Shown in pieces: positions 57,934 to 64,000 of a stretch of 64,000 nt of DNA; the first letter of the stretch is position 1, and each line of letters begins with the position of its first letter. The DNA comes from Eledone cirrhosa. Its lineage: Eukaryota. Under the pieces are notes generated by a model. That model did no database searches. It was not told where the DNA came from and saw only the letters and a program-made list of their open reading frames with translations. The position numbers and the translations under genes are program-made. The stretch is from positions 74,276,001-74,340,000 of the forward strand of contig OZ024742.1 of the NCBI GenBank assembly GCA_964016885.1, read 5' to 3'.

Positions 57934-58334
57934 TTTCTCGTCATCTCCATTTTTTCTTTCTCTCCGTCTCTTCTCTAACTGTGCATAACACTATAACTAA
58001 ATAATTACCGTACTCCCTCTCTTAAATCTCTCTATTTGTATGGTGAATTATTATTATTCATCTGTTGACTTCGGTTGCCTCTCTTTTTTCACCTCCTCCT
58101 TCTTTCTCTCTCCCCTATTTCTCTCTATTTCTCTCTATTTCTCTCTATTTCTCTCTATTTCTCTCTGTTTTTCTTTACATACATTTCTTCTTTTTCTCCG
58201 TCTTTCTTTCTAACTGTGCTTAACACTATAACTAAATAATTATAAACACCTCACTACCAAGCCAGCTTCCTACCTTAATGGTGGCTTATATTTATGGTAC
58301 GTCAAAATTATTTATAAAACAGTTTATATATTGT

Positions 58335-58398
58335 ATTTTATCTGACGAAGGCATGCCATATTTTTAATATGGTATCCCTGAAATATGTATAATGAAAT
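58335..58398 (+). ncRNA. Type I hammerhead
   Basis: ATTTTAT-CTGACGA-AGG.ATGCCATATT-TTT-AATATGGTAT.CCT-GAAA-TATGTA-TA-ATGAAAT. Confidence 0.8.
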
Positions 58399-58694
58399 AA
58401 ATATGGTTTTATAAATATAGTTTCCATTTGTTTACTATCGTATATCTACTCCAAAAACTTGTCGAGTGCTTTATATCGGTTATAAAATATTTACTTGTTG
58501 TAACCCAACAATTTTAAATAAAACTTTTGCATATATATGTATTTTATGTATTTTTCCTATTTCCTAATGTTTTGAATGTCTGTTTCTTTTTGACCTTTGA
58601 TTTTTTTTCCATATCGGGTGTTTGCTTTTCCTTGTACGAGGGAACATTAATTGCTGTTTATATATATATATTTTTTTATTTTAAACGTTTCACG

Positions 58695-59473
58695 ATGAAT
58701 ACGCCATATTTGCCCGCCTTTACTGGAAACCCTAAGCTGTGGTTCGCCCAGCTACAGGCGTATTTTACGGTCTGTAAGACCGAGTCTGACCAGCGCCTCG
58801 CTGTCTTGATTAGCGGACTTCCCCCTAATTTAGCAGATTCGGTCCAAGACCTAATTACAGACCCCCCCCCTCTGACTTAACGTATGAGTCTTTAAAAGGC
58901 GAGATCTTGAGAAGGAACTGTAAGTCGGTAGAGAGTCGTTTTCGGTCATTGATCGAGGACGAACGACTAGGTGACAGAACCCCTACCGCTTTTCTCCGGC
59001 ATTTGCAGGAATTGAGTGATTACCAAGATCAGGATAGCCCTTTCCTGAAGCAATTGTTCTTCTCTCGCCTACCTCAAGAGGTACAGGCGATCCTAGCCCA
59101 TATGCTAGAAGTAAATACCCTCGATCACATTGCTGTCTCTGCTGACAAAATAGTAGAAGTGATGAAGAGAGACACTTCGAAGCAAAAGTACGTTGCTTCC
59201 TCTTCTCTTCCTCAATCACGCTCATCAGCGAGTGATGAGAAGTTAGTCAAAACAATGGAAGCCATGACTCGTCAAATGGCGGAGTTGTGCCAGGAATTCA
59301 GGTCTTTTGGACGGCAGAGGAGCCGCTCACGATCTTATTCAACTCCTCGCCACCGTAGCCTTTCCAAAACATCAAATCAAACATATTGTTATTACCATGA
59401 CAAATATGGTGACAAAGCCGCCCGTTGTAGGCCTCCTTGTGCTTACAAGGGAAACAACGACCAGAGTCACTAA
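58695..59473 (+). pseudogene. gag: Gypsy gag, frameshifted at poly-C near 58865
   Basis: LPAF..NPKLWFAQL, LGDRTPTAFL, LFFSRLP, RSRSRS, CYYH..YG..A..CRPPC. Confidence 0.9.
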
Positions 59474-62400
59474 CGGCGGATAGTGTGCTCTGCGAAACAT
59501 CATCCAACCGCCACTTTTTCATTGAGGACCTGCTATCAGGTAGAGCCTTTCTGGTTGACACTGGTGCAGTTTGTTCAATATGGCCTGTGTGTTGTATGAA
59601 GGAGACTCCCTCTGAGACACCCATTGAGTTGCAGGCAGTAAATTGTTTGCCGATTCGAACCTTCGGACAAATCTCGCTACCTTTGCAGTTCTGTAATCTG
59701 CGGCGCGAGTTTAAATGGATATTTACTGTCGCTGCCTTGCCGTATCCGATTCTATGCGCGGATTTTCTCCACCATTTTTCATTGACGGTGGACATCCGTT
59801 GTAAGCGCCTAATTGATGGCATCACTGGTTTAACTGTTGTTTTTTCTTGCTATCACCGGCGATACTTACCATGCGTTGTTGAACTCGTTCCCGCAACTGA
59901 CTCAGGGAAATTTCCGAATTGATGAGCCAAATCATACCACGGAGCACTTCATAACTACAACTGGTGCTCCCGTTTTTTCTCGTCCTCGTCGCTTGCCCCC
60001 GGAAAAACTCAAAGCAGCACGATCAGAGTTTGATCATATGCTGCAGTTGGGGATTATACGTCCGTCCACGAGCCCGTGGGCGTCCCCATTACACATGGTA
60101 CCGAAAGCGACTGGCGATTGGAGACCTACTGGAGATTATCGACGCTTAAATTCGATAACGGAACCGGACCGTTATCCTATCCCTCATCTGCAAGACTTTG
60201 CGTCTTCGTTGCAGGGATGCAAGATATTCTCCAAACTGGATTTAATTCGTGCATACCATCAAATTCCTGTCCATAAAAATGACATTCCAAAAACGGCTAT
60301 AGTTACGCCATTTGGGTCATTTGAGTTTTTGACCATGCTGTTCGGATTAAGGAATGCCGCTAGTACGTTTCAGCGGTTTATGGATGAGGTTACTCGTGGC
60401 CTCGATTTCGTCTATACCTATATTGACGACCTGCTCATTGGTAGTTCTTCTCAAGAGCAACATACACACCATTTGAATCTTCTTTTCCGCCGATTGAAGG
60501 CGTATAACGTGCAGATTAATGCACCCAAATGTGTTTTTGGTGCTGAGTCACTGACTTTCTTGGGTCACGTCATCGATGCTGACGGTATTCGACCCCGGCC
60601 TGAGCGAGTTAAGGTCATAGAGGATTTGCCTCCACCGACCTCACTACGTCAGTAACGCCAGTTCTTAGGCCTGATTAACTTTTATAGGCATTTCGTGCCA
60701 AATTGTGCAAGATTGCTTTTCTCCCTGACGGAGATTTTAAAAAATTGTCGGAAGAAGAACAAAGACATTTCTTTGACAGACACTCAACTTGCTTATTTTC
60801 AGCACGCCAAAACTGCTTTGGCTAATGCTTCGTTACTGGCTCACCCGGTACCCGGTGCAAAGCTAACGCTTTGTGTTGATGCATCGGATATCGCTGTGGG
60901 CGCAGTGCTACAGCAAAACACCAATGGTTACCAGCAACCGCTGGAGTTCTTTTCCAGAAAGATGAAACCTGCTGAGACGCGCTACAGCACCTTTGGAAGG
61001 GAGCTTTTGGCCATCGATTTAGCCGTGAAACATTTTTCACATATGCTAGAGGGTAGACTATTTACTATCCTCACTGACCATAAACCATTGATTTTTGCGT
61101 TGAGAGCGAAGGCTGATAAATACTCGCCCAGAGAGACGAGACACCTTGATTTCATCTCGCAATATACGCAATATCCAACACATTCCGGGTTCACTAAATA
61201 CAGCGGCCGATGCTTTGTCCTGCTTACTCGTGACAGCGATCTCGTCACCCTCTGACATAGATCTGACTCGTTTGGCTGCGGATCAGCCTCCCCTTGAGTC
61301 ATTGGATGTTACATCACCTGAGTTTGCGAATTGCGAGATGAAATACTTGCCTCTGTCGACTGCAGTTGGCCAAATTCTCTACGACGTGTCTTTGGACGTG
61401 CCTAGGCCCTTCGTTCCAGAGAATCATCGTCGGACCGTGTTTCTGGCATTACATAGTTTCTCGCATCCAGGATCTTCCGCCACAGCAAAGCTCATATCAG
61501 CTAGATTTTTCTGGCCAAATATGAGGCGTGAAATTGCTGCTTGGTGCTGTTCCTGCGTCGCTTACCAGAAATCAAAGGTCCATCGACACGTCAAGGCTCC
61601 CCTGGGTACCTTTACTAACCCAGATGCGCGTTTTTCACACATTCATATTGATATAGTGGGACCTTGGCCTGTTAGCGATGGTTATTCTTATCTGCTGACC
61701 ATAATTGACCGTTTTTCGAGATGGCCTGAAGCCATCCCCTTGAAAAACATCACCGCTGAGACAACAGCGCGTGCTCTTTTGTCTGGATGGATCTCTCGTT
61801 ATGGAGTTCCATCCACAGTAACTACCGACCGTGGACGACAGTTCGAGTCGAGCCTTTTCCTCGAACTGTCAAAATTAATTGGTGCTAAACGCATCAGAAC
61901 TACGGCGTACCATCCCGCTTCGAATGGTATGGTGGAGCGTTTTCACCGACAACTGAATGCCTCCTTAATGGCCTCAATGGACTCGGCGCATCGGAGCGAG
62001 TACCTCCCTATTGTGCTACTAGGGATTCGGTCAACGGTGAAGGTCGACTTTGGATTTTCACCGGCCGAAGTACTGTACGGTGCCCCTCTGACATTGCCCG
62101 GGCAAATGCTTGCCCCTATCGATCTTGATGCCCAAGATCACGCTTCCTACGTGTCCCGTTGCGCTCCTATTTCCAGGATTTGCCGCCAATGGACACTAGG
62201 AAACAAACTGTCAAGACTGCTGTCCCGAGGGATGTTGCCTCGTGGACACATGTCTTTGTAAGGAAAGATTCTGTGAAGCCCCCGCTCACACAGCCTTACA
62301 CTGGACCTTACCGTGTCTTAGCGCGCTCGGCTAAGCATTTCACTTTAGATATTAAAGGATCCAGGGAGACAGTTACAATAGACAGACTTAAGCAGGCACA

Positions 62401-62614
62401 CCTTGACACGGACGCTGTGGTTCCTGATCCACGAACCCCTTCGTATTTGCCTGTTGAGCGAACGCCTGTTCCTGAACCACCATCATCGCCTGTCCCTACA
62501 CCACCACCATCGCCTGTCCCTACACCACCACCATCGCCACGTTACAAGACCACGATCCGTTCAGGTCGTAGGGTCCACTGGCCCAAAAAACTTTGCAGCA
62601 CCGTCTATATTTAG
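59449..62614 (+). pseudogene. pol: Gypsy pol (PR-RT-RNaseH-IN) with about 3 frameshifts and 1 stop
   Basis: [22 protein letters not shown] (60418-60429), VDASD, TDHKPL, H..SHPG..C..C, DIVGP/TDRG/ERFHR, GPY. Confidence 0.95.
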
Positions 62615-62836
62615 ACTGTGTTAGCTGCACACTTTTTTTTTGCTTCTGTGTTTCTGCTTTTTCTTTGCCTTTTTTTATGCATGCATGTTGTGTTTTTTAA
62701 CATTTTTCAAATCCTTATTCTGGATTTAATGATTGGTAGAGCGAATAGCTCCCCCTTGTTGCATTGTTCGCCATCTTACTCCACGTGTGAGTAATAACAT
62801 CGATTTTCGATGATTTGAAAATCTGGCAAGAGGTAC

Positions 62837-63293
62837 TGTAGTAAGGCGCCTCACGCCCTGGCAGATAATGGACCAGGCCTAGTTGTCTCCCCCTGGTTGA
62901 GAACACCGAGGAGAGCAGACAGCCACGGAAAAGCAGACGGCATACACGCCACAGAAAACAGCCCCTGTACCACGAAACGATAAACAGCCAAGGGAACAGC
63001 AAACAGCAAACCCCACAATACCTTTGTAATTGTAATACGTTCCCTTCACCACAACTGACCGCGTCTATATTTGGTATGTTTCATTTGTAATATAATAAAC
63101 ACATATAAACATAATAAACATCACCATTATTTACATTTGTTGAATATAACTCTCGTTGTGGTTATTGTCTTGTTTACGCACACACCCACTCACTTTGTTA
63201 TAATTCTCACTTACAAAAATGGTAAATAGACGAGGAACCTTCCCTCACGTCTATGTCGATAAACAATCCAACTAGGATACTTCATTTTACCAC

Positions 63294-63294
<1 letters not shown>
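62837..63294 (+). repeat. 3' LTR (458 bp), preceded by a weak polypurine tract GGCAAGAGG
   Basis: TG..CA ends; followed by (TA)n. Confidence 0.97.
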
Positions 63295-63329
<35 letters not shown>

Positions 63330-63900
63330 ATATATATATGAGATGAATAAATTTGGTATAATACCAGTTCCTTACCAAATGCGAAGAAGATCGCAAAGCA
63401 TAATTAAAAAAAAACTATATATATATAGAGCGGTGGTGGAACTGGGTGGGGAGGATGCCCCCTTCCAATAATTATATTTTCTCCCCAAACTACCAAAACA
63501 CACGTCTACTTGGATATGCGCTACAATTTATATACATGTTATGTTTATCGCATATCGAAGTTTTCTGATCATTTTAGAGTGCAAAGAGTTAAACTAAACT
63601 TCCACCGCCCCTGCAAATAGTAATAATAAATACAAAGACCAAAATCCGAAGAGGGCTTGATAAGGATTGTATATATAAATAAAAAAGTATGTATAAACCC
63701 GTAGTATGTATATTTATTATTAGTACAGATTAAAGTTTAAGCAAAGAATTTCTGCTTTCACCCTATAATGTATAATATATATACACACATGTTGTCCCCC
63801 ACCCACCCCCAAAATGTATACACAATTTGATTACCTGTACAGGCAATATTTATTAGAATGCTGTTGAAGTATGTATACATTTTTGGGGACACCCTGTATA

Positions 63901-63955
<55 letters not shown>

Positions 63956-64000
63956 CTTAGAGATTAGACTCAATGGGGTCATTTACAATCATTTCAGCTC

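Larger units (their letters stand above)
56782..58530. mobile_element. PLE inverted-pLTR insert nested in the Gypsy 5' leader
   Basis: 56780-57022 is the reverse complement of 58200-58442; 16-bp direct repeat ATATATATGTATTTTA at 56766-56781 and 58531-58546. Confidence 0.8.
55817..63294 (+). mobile_element. Near full-length Ty3/Gypsy LTR retrotransposon, inactivated, inserted in (TA)n
   Basis: TG..CA LTRs, PBS, gag, domain order PR-RT-RH-IN. Confidence 0.97.

Noticed and set aside
62470-62540. PPPSPVPT repeat as a captured host domain
   Set aside because: Local 24-bp tandem duplication in the low-complexity integrase tail.
63800-63898. Tc1-like MITE (TACAGGGTGTCCCCAAAAATGTAT on minus)
   Set aside because: Only one clear TIR; the partner is too degenerate to define an element.

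Overview
Gene-free, repeat-saturated eukaryotic DNA. The repeat content suggests an animal, probably a cephalopod such as Octopus (inference). No host protein-coding gene could be supported; nearly all listed ORFs are microsatellite artefacts. Real coding remnants all belong to retroelements: a near full-length Ty3/Gypsy LTR element (55817-63294), a 5'-truncated Tx1/L1-clade LINE with an open RT frame, several R4/Dong-like RLE LINEs in (CATA)n, RTE and CR1 fragments, and several Penelope-like element (PLE) fragments. tRNA-derived SINEs, MITEs and a probable non-autonomous Helitron are also present. The standout signal is a hammerhead-ribozyme (HHR) system in (TA)n/AT-rich sites. It includes a 310-bp tandem array (12893-15519) whose units each carry a type I HHR and which flips strand in the middle (retrozyme-like), many dispersed PLE-type HHRs, fold-back inserts centred on HHR stem II, and a covarying bulged hairpin in their 3' tails. 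All RNA structures were paired by eye and none is experimentally tested.
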